From the NCBI GenBank assembly GCA_965237955.1, contig OZ250169.1:5184001-5248000 (forward strand): a stretch of DNA of 64,000 nucleotides, given 5' to 3'. Each line of letters starts with the position of its first letter. The first letter of the stretch is position 1. The DNA is from Candidatus Marinacidobacterales bacterium (lineage in GTDB: Bacteria; Acidobacteriota; Vicinamibacteria; Marinacidobacterales; SMYC01). The notes beneath the pieces were generated by a model. It was not told the DNA's origin and made no database searches. It was given only the letters and a program-made list of their open reading frames with translations. Positions 54,393 through 64,000 of the stretch are shown here, piece after piece. The translations under genes and the position numbers were made by a program.

Positions 54393-54930
54393 CCGATTGC
54401 GTGAGCGGCCGGTGGTGGATCTGAAGGTCTTCGCGTCTTGGGCAACCAAGCCTTGCGAGAGCCAAGCAAGCTGGAGCGTTGCGCGGCCGCGGAAAGTCGC
54501 CTAGCTGCAGAAGGAGGCGATGCGGTAGGTTGAGTTGCTAGAAGGGCGAACACGGTCGAGGCCCAGGGCAGGGAACAGTCGTGACAATTCGTCGTTGAGG
54601 ACCAAACTGAAACTAGTCGAGGGTACGTTTTTGTACGGTGAGCTCCACCGGAACTGACGCCTGTGGAGAGGAAGGCTCTGGCTCAAACGGAACGCTTTGA
54701 GTGAAACCTGTCCATCGTCAAAACTCGTCCGTCCTTGAAATCAGGCACTTACACCGACCCAAGCCTGGGCTAAGAGCTGGTGCTCCCGCTTGAGATTCCG
54801 CCGTGGGAAGGGCAAAATCCCGCTATGCCGCGTGTAACAGGTGTATGTTCGGTAAAGACACCGTTCTGGCTGAAGAGGCAAACAGCATACGTAGAATTGC
54901 CGTACTAATTAATTACTTAAGAAGGATCAG
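54391..54930 (+). ncRNA. Group II intron-like 5' domains, truncated (no RT, no D5/D6 seen)
   Basis: About 540 nt without a credible ORF, many short hairpins; motifs GTACGGTGAG, CCCAAGCC and GCATACGTAGAA recall group IIB introns (from memory). Confidence 0.45.
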
Positions 54931-54934
54931 GGTG

Positions 54935-54966
54935 ACGCCGCTCGCAGCTGACCCGGGCCGTTGAGC
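54935..54966 (+). other. Right half of an attC site
   Basis: CGCCGCTCGCAGCTGACCCGGGCC-GTTGAGC (GTTRRRY); similar to the GCAGCTCAGCG..CGTT arms of downstream attCs. Confidence 0.5.
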
Positions 54967-55194
54967 GTACGATAGCGCTTTTCGCAGATCCCATGCGAGA
55001 GCCTGCACCGTGCGGGTGCTTTCTCTCATCCACGGGTACGGCTCCCCCCACGTCGGTTCCTACCTAGCCGCTCAGCCGCCGCCACCAGCCTTTCGACGCC
55101 GCTGAGCCACACAGCTTCAATGTCCGTTGGCTAGGCAAAAATAAACGGGAACGCTCATGTGGCGGGCCGCAGCGCCTTGTCACGCCGCATCGTC

Positions 55195-55815
55195 TCACTT
55201 GCGGACATAGGGACTTGACGGGTAGGTGGGCTCTTCACGGTCGAACTCGCTCAGGAACGGTTCTTGAACGCGCTTCCACTGCTCTAGGATGGTGCGACGA
55301 GCCTTTGCTGCAGCTTGCATGTCAAACTTTTGACCGAAGGCGAGATCTGAGATCTCCTTTCGAATGCTCTTAATCTCTTCGAATGGGTAGAGGCCGCGAA
55401 CGTCGGGCCCTTCGCCGATGTTCTTGAAGGCGCCCCGTATCTCGTCGATTACCGTACTCATCGACGTGAGCACGTCGCCATACTGCGTCTGCGTTGGGTG
55501 TTCGAGATGGGTGTATTGAAAGCATTGCTGGACTGCTGAGTTGATCTGGCTCCAGAGAGCCCGGAGGTGCTGAAGGTAGGCCAAAGCGCCGCGAGAAGCA
55601 ATAGCCCAGCCAGGCAGCGGGAATCGCGATGACGAACGGAATAAGATCCTTGAATGCTCCGTAGACCGGATCATCGGGTTTCGGAAATTGGGATTTCAAG
55701 ACGATGCCTGCCACAATGGCAGCGGCGTATGTCCCGATTACCGCAAACACCCAGAAAGACAGCCAACGTTTCGTCACTCGATAAGCCCAGCTAGAATCGG
55801 CGACAAGACCGTCAC
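55195..55815 (-). pseudogene. Hypothetical two-TM protein, frameshifted, 5' end abutting IS630
   Basis: Overlapping ORFs 55370-55849 and 55195-55674 join near 55590. Confidence 0.55.
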
Positions 55816-57005
55816 CTAGTCCCATGGAACAGAAAAAGCTAGACAACACCGGCCCTTCTGTGATCTGCTAAATGCATGAAACACAAGGGCCGGCGAAAAG
55901 CCGAATTGAAGCTGTCGTCTCAAGAAAGCGAAGCGCTGACGCGACTGGCGCGACGCAGCCGTAGTTCGCCGCACCAAGCCTTCCGAGCGAAGATCGTGCT
56001 GGATTGCGCGGCGGGTCTGACGAATATGGAAGTTGCTAGGAAGATGCACACCATGAGGAGCACGGTGGGCAAGTGGCGAAGACGCTTTGTAGAACAACGA
56101 ATGGAAGGGTTGTACGACGAACCTCGGCCGGGAGCGGCTCGCAAAATCGGCGATGACCAGATCGAGGAAGTCGTGACCAAGACGCTGGAGACGACTCCAA
56201 AGGGGAGAACCCATTGGAGTACGCGCTCGATGGCCAAGCATCTTGGGCTGAGTCATTCGACGATTGGACGTATTTGGCGAACGTTCGGGCTTCAACCGCA
56301 CCGCTCGGAATCGTTTCGTCTCTCGCAAGACCCACAACTGGTCGAAAAAGTACGCGACGTTGTTGGCCTGTATATGAACCCACCGGATAACGCGGTCGTC
56401 CTGTGCGTCGACGAGAAATCGCAGATTCAAGCGCTCGAGCGTGCTCAACCTGTCCTGCCCATGAGCTTGGGCCAGCCCGAGCGACAAACCCACGACTACA
56501 TTCGGCATGGAACGACTGACCTGTTTGCCGCACTCGACGCCGCAACAGGTGAAGTCTTCGGAAAGTGCTACGCGCGACATCGAGCGCTAGAGTTCAAGAA
56601 GTTCCTCGCTGAGATCGAAGCAGCCGTTCCCAGCGAGTTGGACATCCACGTCGTGCTCGACAATCTCGCCACGCACAAGACACCGGCGATCAAACGCTGG
56701 CTTTCCAAGCGACCTCGGTTCCACTTTCACTTTCACACCGACACACGCCTCTTGGCTCAACTTCGCTGAGCGCTTCTTTGGCTTGCTCACCGAACACGCC
56801 TTGCGACGAGGCTCGCACACGAGCGTGCCTCAGCTCCGCGTTGCGATACAAGACTATCTCGATGCTCACAACGAGAACCCAAAGCCGTTCAAGTGGACGA
56901 AATCCGCCGACCAAATCCTCGAAACCATCGCTCGGTTTGCCCAGCGAACGCTCGATACACATGGCAAATCGAATTTGGACAGTAATTAAAGATCCAGGGG
57001 ACTAG
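55816..57005 (+). mobile_element. IS630-family element; transposase 55876-56989 with frameshift near 56735
   Basis: CTAGTCCC.TGGA inverted ends; [35 protein letters not shown]. Confidence 0.93.
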
Positions 57006-57285
57006 TGAACCGTGGCCTTATACCACGATAATGATTCCAACTCCGAACGATCGCTCTACGCGGCGCTTTGGAATGTGCTCAACCGCAATCCCGGGGACGC
57101 CCAACTGCGCATGCAGCTGTCGGCGCCGTTCATGCTACCCTCCAAGGGTCAGCGGCCGCAGCTGATGCTGACGTTATTCAGTCTCGAAGAAATTCTCTCA
57201 AGATCGAATCGTCGAAAGCGCGGCGATGATCACGATCTCACCCCGAGCTCATTTCGATGAGGCTTTGCCCCACGAGAGCTCGGCT

Positions 57286-57395
57286 GTATAACCGAGCACT
57301 GGAGCAGTCGGCCCGGCAGGCCGTCTGCTTCACTGGAAAAAAGCGTGTATGCTCAGATCCACGGCGCCGGGCCGCAGCTCAGCGCTACGTTAGAT
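57286..57395 (+). other. attC site 1
   Basis: GTATAAC...GGCCCGGC / GCCGGGCC arms...GTTAGAT. Confidence 0.88.
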
Positions 57396-57411
57396 TTTCA
57401 CTCGAGGCAAA

Positions 57412-58106
57412 TTGAGCGTAGATCGTGAAGCGATCCGAAAGCGGAACTTGGCCTACCTGACGAACGTGGGTTTCAAGGCCGCCGATTCGTTGCCGCTCGG
57501 ACCACCGTCTGGGGTCGAAACCACCGGTCTTCGCTCGACTGCGGAGGTGGCAGGTCGGCTTTGGGCGCTAGAGTTACTCTTTCTCTATGCGGCCGACCGA
57601 GACGACGTTGCATCCGGAGAGATTGACATTGAAGACGTTCTTGCCAACTGCGACGCTCAAGCGTACCTCACTGAGGACGAAGGGAAGATACTGGGAGTCC
57701 CGCGCAAGTTAGCGATCGCTCATCACAGCAATCTCATCGGTTGGAAACTTGAGAACATGCTGCCGCTCGCCTGGTTGATGGGTTTCGACACCTCGCCCTC
57801 AGTGGATGGGGAAATGATCGCTGGAGACACTACTGAGGCATTGTTAGCGTTTCTACCTTGGCAACGTTTGACTCTGTCTGAGTGGGCCCGCAATGTTCAG
57901 TTTCGCTCCTTGGAAGACGTGCTGGCAATGGAGGACCTATTCTATTGCGCGCACAACGCGGTGCGGAGCGCTCAACTCGGCTCCACACGGTCCCCGATGG
58001 TTTCCATCCTGTCGTGAACGGCGGAGTCATTCACGAACGAAGACATTCCCTCACATGGGCGCTCTCACCCGGTGTGTCGTGGGACGAGACGGATTTGAGC
58101 ACGTGA
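57412..58106 (+). CDS. Gene cassette: DUF4272-like protein (frameshift near 57985)
   Basis: RSLEDVLAMEDLFYCAHNAVR...GVIHERRHSLTW...WDETDLST; bounded by GTTAGAT and ATCTAAC. Confidence 0.75.
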
Positions 58107-58107
58107 A

Positions 58108-58214
58108 ATCTAACATTAGCTGAAGCAGGCGGTCGGCACGATCGTCTGCATGACACGAAGCGGCGCTTATGTTTCAATCTACGTGGCCGACCGCTGCTTA
58201 GCGCTACGTTATCC
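58108..58214 (+). other. attC site 2
   Basis: ATCTAAC...AAGCAGGCGGTCGGC / GCCGACCGCTGCTT arms...GTTATCC. Confidence 0.88.
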
Positions 58215-58725
58215 CGATATGAGCTATGGACATAGACATCAAGGCTAAAGCAACTTCCGGAGAACTGGAGGTCTAAGATATCATCGAGGTGGCGCATTCT
58301 CGCGACCCTAAGTGCGTATTCCAGCCATCGTGAACGCCGAATCCAGAGCAAGCTGAACAGCGAATCCGGTGAAGCCGAACGCTCATCGAAGCGATGAAGT
58401 GTTGGGTGACCTCCTTCCCACTGATTGAAAACGTGAACCTATCTTACCTGCGTGTTGTGTAGCAAGGGGCGGCAGGTCGGTGCCGGAGGGAGCGGGCGTA
58501 AGGAAAGACGCGAAGCGACCTTCCCGCTCCCGTAGGCAGCGACCTGCCGCGGCCGAACCCCGGGCGATGTGGGGCTGGTTTCGGGGGGTTGCTTGGGGTA
58601 TGGCCTGGCTCGAGAAGACGCTTCCTGAGGCATTCTCGCGCGTCGTTTTGGCGCCGCATCGTCTGGCCCCGGGTTTGGCGGTTTCACCCGTTTTTATCGC
58701 ATCGACGCTGTGGTCCCTCGCTCGC

Positions 58726-59457
58726 TCATGCATCGGCGTTGTCAAATGCCTTTGGCGCAGCCTTGGTCTTTCTCAGAGAAGCTCCTTTGAGAGTGATGCG
58801 GTGCGCGCTGTGGAGAATGCGATCGCAGATAGCGTCTGCCTGGTTTGGGTCGCCAATCGCTTCGTGCCACTGCTTGAGCGGAATCTGGGTCGCGATGAGT
58901 GTGGAGCCACGCTCGGCGCGGTCTTCGATGACCTCCATTAGATCCCGTCTCTCCGATTCTTTCAGCGGGTGAAGCAGCTTGGCGAGTTTCGTCAAAAGCC
59001 GGGCGTAGGAACCATCACCACGAGCGACCGCGAGCTCGTGGAGCAAGCGCGGTGCTCGCACGTAGCATCCGGTGAAGCCGCGACGACAGGCCCGCTCCAC
59101 GAAGGCGCAAGCCAAGAACGATTTACCAATCCCCGTCGGGCCGGTGATGAGCAGGTTATGGCGCTCACCGACAAAGCGGCAGTTGCCCAGGCTCAAGATC
59201 TGTTCGCGGTTTAAGCCTCGAGGCGCTTGGAAGTTCACGTTCTCCAAACATGCCGGATAGCGGAGCTTTGCCGCTCGCAGTCGTCGAGAAAGCTTACGCT
59301 GTTCGCGGGCGGTCCACTCGGCATCGACCAGGAGTCCCACACGTTCCTCGAAGCTCAGCTCCTTGTATTCGCTCGAGCTCAACTGGGTTTCGAACGCGGA
59401 CACCAAGCCGAACAACTTCATGGCGTTCATCTTTTCTATCGTTTCGGGTGTCAGCAT
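58726..59457 (-). CDS. istB: IS21 helper ATPase lacking Walker B (probably inactive)
   Basis: GPTGIGKS present; KLAKLLHPLKE has no hhhhDD motif. Confidence 0.85.
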   Translation of the reverse strand: MLTPETIEKMNAMKLFGLVSAFETQLSSSEYKELSFEERVGLLVDAEWTAREQRKLSRRLRAAKLRYPACLENVNFQAPRGLNREQILSLGNCRFVGERHNLLITGPTGIGKSFLACAFVERACRRGFTGCYVRAPRLLHELAVARGDGSYARLLTKLAKLLHPLKESERRDLMEVIEDRAERGSTLIATQIPLKQWHEAIGDPNQADAICDRILHSAHRITLKGASLRKTKAAPKAFDNADA

Positions 59458-61007
59458 CGGGACTCTCCTCCTTCGTAGTGATCCGCGCCTCGGATGTTCT
59501 CGTGCTCCTCTCGCGGTTTCGCTTCGGCGTCCGATTCGAGCACCACACGATCCAGACCAGCCGAGAGAATGTTTTTCACCGTGCGATAGCTGTAAGAGCT
59601 CAAAGCTTCCGCTCGTGCGCAAGCGGCCTCGAGACGCTCACTGCCCCAGCGGCTGCCTAGTCGCATGACTCCCAGGCAAGAGCGAAATCCCTGCTCCGGG
59701 TGAGGCCGACTCTCTAGAATCCCCGCAACCAGCCTTCCCGTGGCGCGACCTGACTGCTCCGCCCAGTGGAGCAGCCGCGACGGCGTCCACTCCAGGTGCT
59801 CCCGATGCGAACGTGGCATATGCTCCGGGTTCGTGGAGTAGTGCCCCTTTCCTTTCTTGCGGGGATGCGACGCGACGCGCTTTCCCTTGAACAGGACCTC
59901 CACCACCGAGGCCGTCACCCGTGCCTCGACTTTCTCGTGAATGAGCTGATAGGGAACGCTGTACAAGTTGTTCTCCACCTCCACGTGGTAGTCGATGTTC
60001 ACTCTGCACCGCTTCCACGTCGATAACTCGTAGCTCTCCTGCGGTAGCGGTTTCAGTACGGGCCGGTCTAGCCTTTCGTACAACTCCCGCCGACTCACAC
60101 CGAGCTTCTGCATCGGACGCGCATTCAGGACCTCTAACTTCTCCCAGATGGCTTCGTTCAGTTCCGCCAGGCTGAAGAACGTGCGATGACGAAGCACCGC
60201 CAGGATCCAGCGCTGCGCCACCTGCACTGCCGACTCCACCTTCGCTTTGTCTTTCGGCTTGAACACCCGAGCCGGGACCACAACCGCACCGTAATGCGTC
60301 GCCAGCTCTTCGTACGTCCGGTTGATCCCTGGCTCGTAACGGTCCACCAAATCCACGCCGCTCTTCAAGTTGTCCGGAACCCAGATCTCCGTACTGCCAC
60401 CGAAGTAATCCGACATCCCCTTATGGGCCTTCGCCCACGATTCCAGCGACTGGTTCAGTGTCGCTTCGACGTAGGTGTAACTGCTCGCGCCCAACGTCCC
60501 GACGAACAGCTCCATTTCGACGAGCTCTCCCGTTTTCGGATCGACGATGTGAGGCTTCTTCCCCGAAAAATAGACGAATGTCTTCTCGCCTGCTCGATGC
60601 CGTTGACGCATCGTCGGGTTCAGCTTCTTCTTCCACTGACCGTACAGCTCGCAATAACGGCTGTAGCCGTACGCTCCCGGCTTATTCTCCGCGTACTCCA
60701 CCCACAGCTGCAGCAACGTCAGCTCTCGGTGACGCCTCAGCTCCTCGTGGATGTGGGCATAGTCCAGACCCGGCCGTGCGCCAGACGAGCCCGGCGGCGG
60801 AAACAGCCCTGCCTCCAGCTCCCCGTCGCTCAGCTCCTCCGGGAGCGGCCAGCTCAGGCCACCCTTCTTCGCCTTGGCCAGGTACTCACTCACCGTTCCA
60901 ACCGCCACGCGAAGTGCCTTTGCGATCATGCGGTGAGTAAAACCCAGCTCGTACTTTAACCTTAGAACCTCTCGTATTTTTCTCATCGATAACCTCTTAG
61001 CTGCCAT
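59451..61007 (-). CDS. istA: IS21 transposase
   Basis: LSMRKIREVLRL, MRQRHRAGEK, VPDNLKSGV, KPKDKAKVE, HENIRG. Confidence 0.93.
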   Translation of the reverse strand: MAAKRLSMRKIREVLRLKYELGFTHRMIAKALRVAVGTVSEYLAKAKKGGLSWPLPEELSDGELEAGLFPPPGSSGARPGLDYAHIHEELRRHRELTLLQLWVEYAENKPGAYGYSRYCELYGQWKKKLNPTMRQRHRAGEKTFVYFSGKKPHIVDPKTGELVEMELFVGTLGASSYTYVEATLNQSLESWAKAHKGMSDYFGGSTEIWVPDNLKSGVDLVDRYEPGINRTYEELATHYGAVVVPARVFKPKDKAKVESAVQVAQRWILAVLRHRTFFSLAELNEAIWEKLEVLNARPMQKLGVSRRELYERLDRPVLKPLPQESYELSTWKRCRVNIDYHVEVENNLYSVPYQLIHEKVEARVTASVVEVLFKGKRVASHPRKKGKGHYSTNPEHMPRSHREHLEWTPSRLLHWAEQSGRATGRLVAGILESRPHPEQGFRSCLGVMRLGSRWGSERLEAACARAEALSSYSYRTVKNILSAGLDRVVLESDAEAKPREEHENIRGADHYEGGESRC

Positions 61008-61829
61008 TTCCTAGATCGTCCTCCTTCCGGGTACGACCTAGAGTTGCCTTGAAACGTGCTATCGATGAGCGTTCGCGATGCCGGAACCGGCGTTCACCTT
61101 CCCCGGAATCCGTGTTCACGATGCTTTGGAATGGATGTTCACCTTCGGCTGGAATCTGCGTTCACGATGCCCCGGAATACGCACCTAAGCTAGCGGAGCT
61201 ATTTGACGAACTCACGGAGTCGTTTGATTGGCCGGAGTCGAACATCGTCGCCGGACGTCATGTTGTCCCATTCGGGCGGTGGACCCGTGTAGCCAGCGTC
61301 TTTATTCGCGGTGGCTATTCTGCGTTGGTGGAATTGGCTGTCCCTTCAGGAGCACCAAGTGACGATTTCCCATTCTGCCTTTCATTTCTAGAAAAGTACA
61401 AGACTCCTGAATCCGTCGAGGCTATCGTGACGATCATCGAGATCCTTCAGGCCAAACGGTCCCGGACGGCTGAAGCCAGACGAAAAACCACGGAGTCGAT
61501 TAACCTGCTGCTGTCTTTCAAAGACTCGCCCGCTCCATCTAACGGTCAGGAGAGTACTGTAAGGTCCTTTCTGCACGACAACCTTCGTGAAGCAACGACG
61601 ACCAGCGACCGAGCGGTCATTATGTGTGCGCTCCGCGGTGTGGGTAACGAGCAGTCTCTCAAGCTCGTGGGGAACGCTGGCCCACTTGATTCACCTTGGG
61701 AAGATGTGCCGGCGACCGTGAAACGCACGATACGCAGGCGCCTTCGCAACACTGAATTGTGTTGAGCAGGAACCACAGGGAAAAGGACTTTTGAAGAAAC
61801 GGGATAACAATCATATCTGGACTCCTCCA

Positions 61830-62117
61830 GTCAAGCTCCTTTCTTAAGAAATCTTTCCTCGAAGCTGCGCGTCCGTCGCGTGTCGTGACGAGTGGGTCAG
61901 ACTGCAAACGTATCTTCGGCCTCTTGATTGGAGCTCTGTTTGGCTCCGGGCCATGATGGAAATCCACACGCGGGGAGCCAATCGCTGCAAAGGCCTCTGA
62001 GGGCCACGATTGTTATCGGCTTGCTCCCGCGCCGGTCCGACCGGTACGCCATCATAGCAATGGGTATCGTCGCAGCCTCGGTCCGAAGGGAAAATGGAAA
62101 ACACGAAAGTAAACCCT
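61830..62117 (-). ncRNA. Bridge/seekRNA region (3' non-coding end of IS1111)
   Basis: Contains segments matching both strands of the target attC and of the circle junction; RNA boundaries approximate. Confidence 0.75.
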
Positions 62118-63152
62118 CTAAGCGGCCACGGGCACCGACTGGAATTCACCCTCACGGGTCGAGACGGCCCAGACGATCCGGGCGAGTTTGTTGGCGACAG
62201 CAATGGCGGCCTTGTTGTGTCCCCGCGAGCGGTGGACCTTCCGGGCCCAGGCGCGGAGCTTGTCGGGCGGGCTCTTACTGACGTTGGCCGCTCGGAGCAC
62301 GGCGCGCCCCCCGTGGGTGAGGAGCATACGGAGGTAGGAGTCGCCACGCTTGGTGATGCGTCCGAGGCGGCGAATGTCGCCACTGGAGTTTTCCTTGGGA
62401 ACCAGGCCGAGGTAGCTCGAGAAGCGGCGCCCCGATGGGAAGCGGCGAAGATCGCCGACGAAGCCGACGATGGCGGTCGCGGTAAGAATTCCGATGCCGG
62501 GGATGGTGAGAAGTCTTTGGACCTCAGGGAGTTGTTTGGTGAGCGCCTTGAGCTCGTGCTCGATGCCTGTGGTCTTGTTCTTGAGCTCTCGAATCTCGGA
62601 GCAGGCATCACGGAGGTGCGAGCGGAGCACGTCGGGCAAATCAGAATCAGTGTCGTCGACGAGCTCGGAGACAGCGGGTACGACGAAGTGAGCGCCCTTG
62701 GGGATGAAGAATCCGAGCTCGCGCAGGAGCCCGCGTACGGCATTGATGCGTGCGGTCCGTGTGGAGAGCCATCCTGAGCGCAGGCGATGAAGCGCGGCGA
62801 GGGTATGCTGGTGCACGGACTTGATGGGCACGGAAAGAATCTCCTCGTTCCTGTAGGCCTCGAGCAACGCTTTCGTGTCGGCACGGTCGTTCTTGCTCCC
62901 GCGTCGATAGGGCCTCACGACGTGAGGTGGGAGTAGGACGACGTCGTGTCCCAACCTTCGCAACGTCCTCGCCCAGAAGTGAGCAGAGCCGCAGGCTTCG
63001 AGAAGCACCGTGGCAGCGCTCTGTTTGGCAAAGAACGACACCAACTTGGGTCGACTCACACGGAGTTGCTTGGACACCTTCCCCACTTCGCGCGAAATGG
63101 CGATCTCGAAGACGTTCTTTGCAAGATCCACAGCGATCGTCGTATCTTTCAT
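62118..63152 (-). CDS. IS1111-type DEDD recombinase
   Basis: AVDLAKNVF, LEACGSAHFW, KNDRAD, IPGIG, GLVPKENSSG, AVANKLARIVW; ORF intact. Confidence 0.93.
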   Translation of the reverse strand: MKDTTIAVDLAKNVFEIAISREVGKVSKQLRVSRPKLVSFFAKQSAATVLLEACGSAHFWARTLRRLGHDVVLLPPHVVRPYRRGSKNDRADTKALLEAYRNEEILSVPIKSVHQHTLAALHRLRSGWLSTRTARINAVRGLLRELGFFIPKGAHFVVPAVSELVDDTDSDLPDVLRSHLRDACSEIRELKNKTTGIEHELKALTKQLPEVQRLLTIPGIGILTATAIVGFVGDLRRFPSGRRFSSYLGLVPKENSSGDIRRLGRITKRGDSYLRMLLTHGGRAVLRAANVSKSPPDKLRAWARKVHRSRGHNKAAIAVANKLARIVWAVSTREGEFQSVPVAA

Positions 63153-63392
63153 TCGGACTCCTCCTTTTTCGATGCGATGATTCGACTGACTTTGGCACAT
63201 TGATGCCGTCTAGGTCAGAGGAGGAGTCCATCCCATCACTGGAGCAGACGGCCCGGCAAGCCTCCTGCTTCATCGGAACGAAAAAAGCTAGTATGCTCGG
63301 ACTTACGTCACCGGGCCGCAGCTCAGCGGTGACGTTATACGGTCATGAATGGCTATCCAAGCGATTTCAACGCTCTGAGGAGGAGACGAACG

Positions 63393-63995
63393 ATGCGCCA
63401 CTTGATAATCGCAGTCGTTTTGATTGGTTCCGCAGCGTGTACCGAAGAGCCTGCCACGCAGGCTACTCGCGAGCAGGAGGCGACGTCACCGTTGCCGACT
63501 CCCGTGGAGGGGTTCATTCTCAAGGTAGGAGGCGGTGAACCACTGCTGAACGGCATCGTCGTTAAGGCTTTGCCGAAGACCGGGACGATGGGCTCTATTC
63601 TAGTGGAGCAAACTTTCCAGAGGGGCGGGACAACGAATCTCCACATTCACGACCAAGGCGACGAGCTTTTCTATGTCGTGTCAGGTCGCGGCACGGCGAC
63701 GCTGGGCGATCAAAGCGAAGTGATTGAACCTGGTGACGTTATTTTTGTGCCGAGGAGCGCAGTTCACCGCATCTCGAACCTCGAGAATGACGAGCCTCTA
63801 ACGGTAGTTTTTTTCATGGACAGTCCGGAGTTGGTCGAGGAGTTTCGCGCGATTCACAATCGTGTTACTTCAGAACCGGATCGGCCGATTACGCCCGAAG
63901 AGAGGGCGCGATTCGGGATCGTATTGGTGGTTCCAGGGCGGTTCATTGAAGCATGTGGAACCGGCGATTTGTGTGGACATGGGATCGTTCACTAG
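63393..63995 (+). CDS. Gene cassette: cupin-domain lipoprotein
   Basis: GGAGGAG RBS, lipobox SAAC, LHIH...ELFYVVSG...PGDVIFVPRSAVH. Confidence 0.8.
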   Translation: MRHLIIAVVLIGSAACTEEPATQATREQEATSPLPTPVEGFILKVGGGEPLLNGIVVKALPKTGTMGSILVEQTFQRGGTTNLHIHDQGDELFYVVSGRGTATLGDQSEVIEPGDVIFVPRSAVHRISNLENDEPLTVVFFMDSPELVEEFRAIHNRVTSEPDRPITPEERARFGIVLVVPGRFIEACGTGDLCGHGIVH

Positions 63996-64000
63996 AGCCG

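Larger units (their letters stand above)
58313..61183 (-). mobile_element. IS21-family element
   Basis: TGCGTATTCC / GGAATACGCA ends; 6-bp TSD CCTAAG at 58307-58312 and 61184-61189. Confidence 0.93.
58226..61765 (+). pseudogene. Gene cassette (hypothetical protein) split by IS21
   Basis: Removing 58313-61189 joins ...VAHSRDPK-LAELFDELTESFDW...; also an in-frame TAA near 58274. Confidence 0.7.
61814..63238 (-). mobile_element. IS1111-group (IS110 family) attC-targeting element
   Basis: Sub-terminal IRs TGGACTCCTCC 61818-61828 and GGAGGAGTCCA 63220-63230; ATCA at both junctions. Confidence 0.9.
61802..63340 (+). other. attC site 3, split by an IS1111-type element
   Basis: GGATAACAATCA (61802-61813) joins CTGGAGCAGACGGCCCGG...CCGGGCCGCAGCTCAGCGGTGACGTTATAC (63239-63340); close to attC site 1. 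Confidence 0.88.

Noticed and set aside
54995-55060. GAGCCGTA...CGCACGG on the minus strand as group II intron domain 5
   Set aside because: Spacing does not give a 34-nt D5 hairpin, and it is on the opposite strand to the intron-like region

Overview
GC-rich bacterial chromosomal window. The Ser/Thr kinase-propeller genes, DUF4388/TPR, PEP-CTERM and sigma54 pilin suggest an Acidobacteriota-like organism (inference). Intact housekeeping genes (pilin, map, aroC, ahcY, prlC, pbpC, DprE1/E2-like pair, TA pair) alternate with eroded accessory DNA: frameshifted or internally deleted kinase, HNH, OmpA and alpha-2-macroglobulin genes, a reciprocal ~0.9 kb inversion, two IS21, two IS110-family elements, an IS630 and its MITE. 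Highlights missing from the ORF track: (1) a 49-aa Pup-like peptide ending in GGE just upstream of a membrane-inserted PafA-type ligase, with no proteasome genes in the window; (2) a probable secreted selenoprotein (WASW-U-AGC plus SECIS-like hairpin) with Trx-TPR-DsbD-alpha-like architecture; (3) a decayed integron at 54-64 kb (IntI remnant, attI-like site, group II intron-like RNA, three attC sites); (4) an IS1111-type element inside one attC whose bridge/seekRNA guides match its own target and donor sites. All calls come from reading the sequence by eye; no searches were run, and many frameshifts may be sequencing errors.
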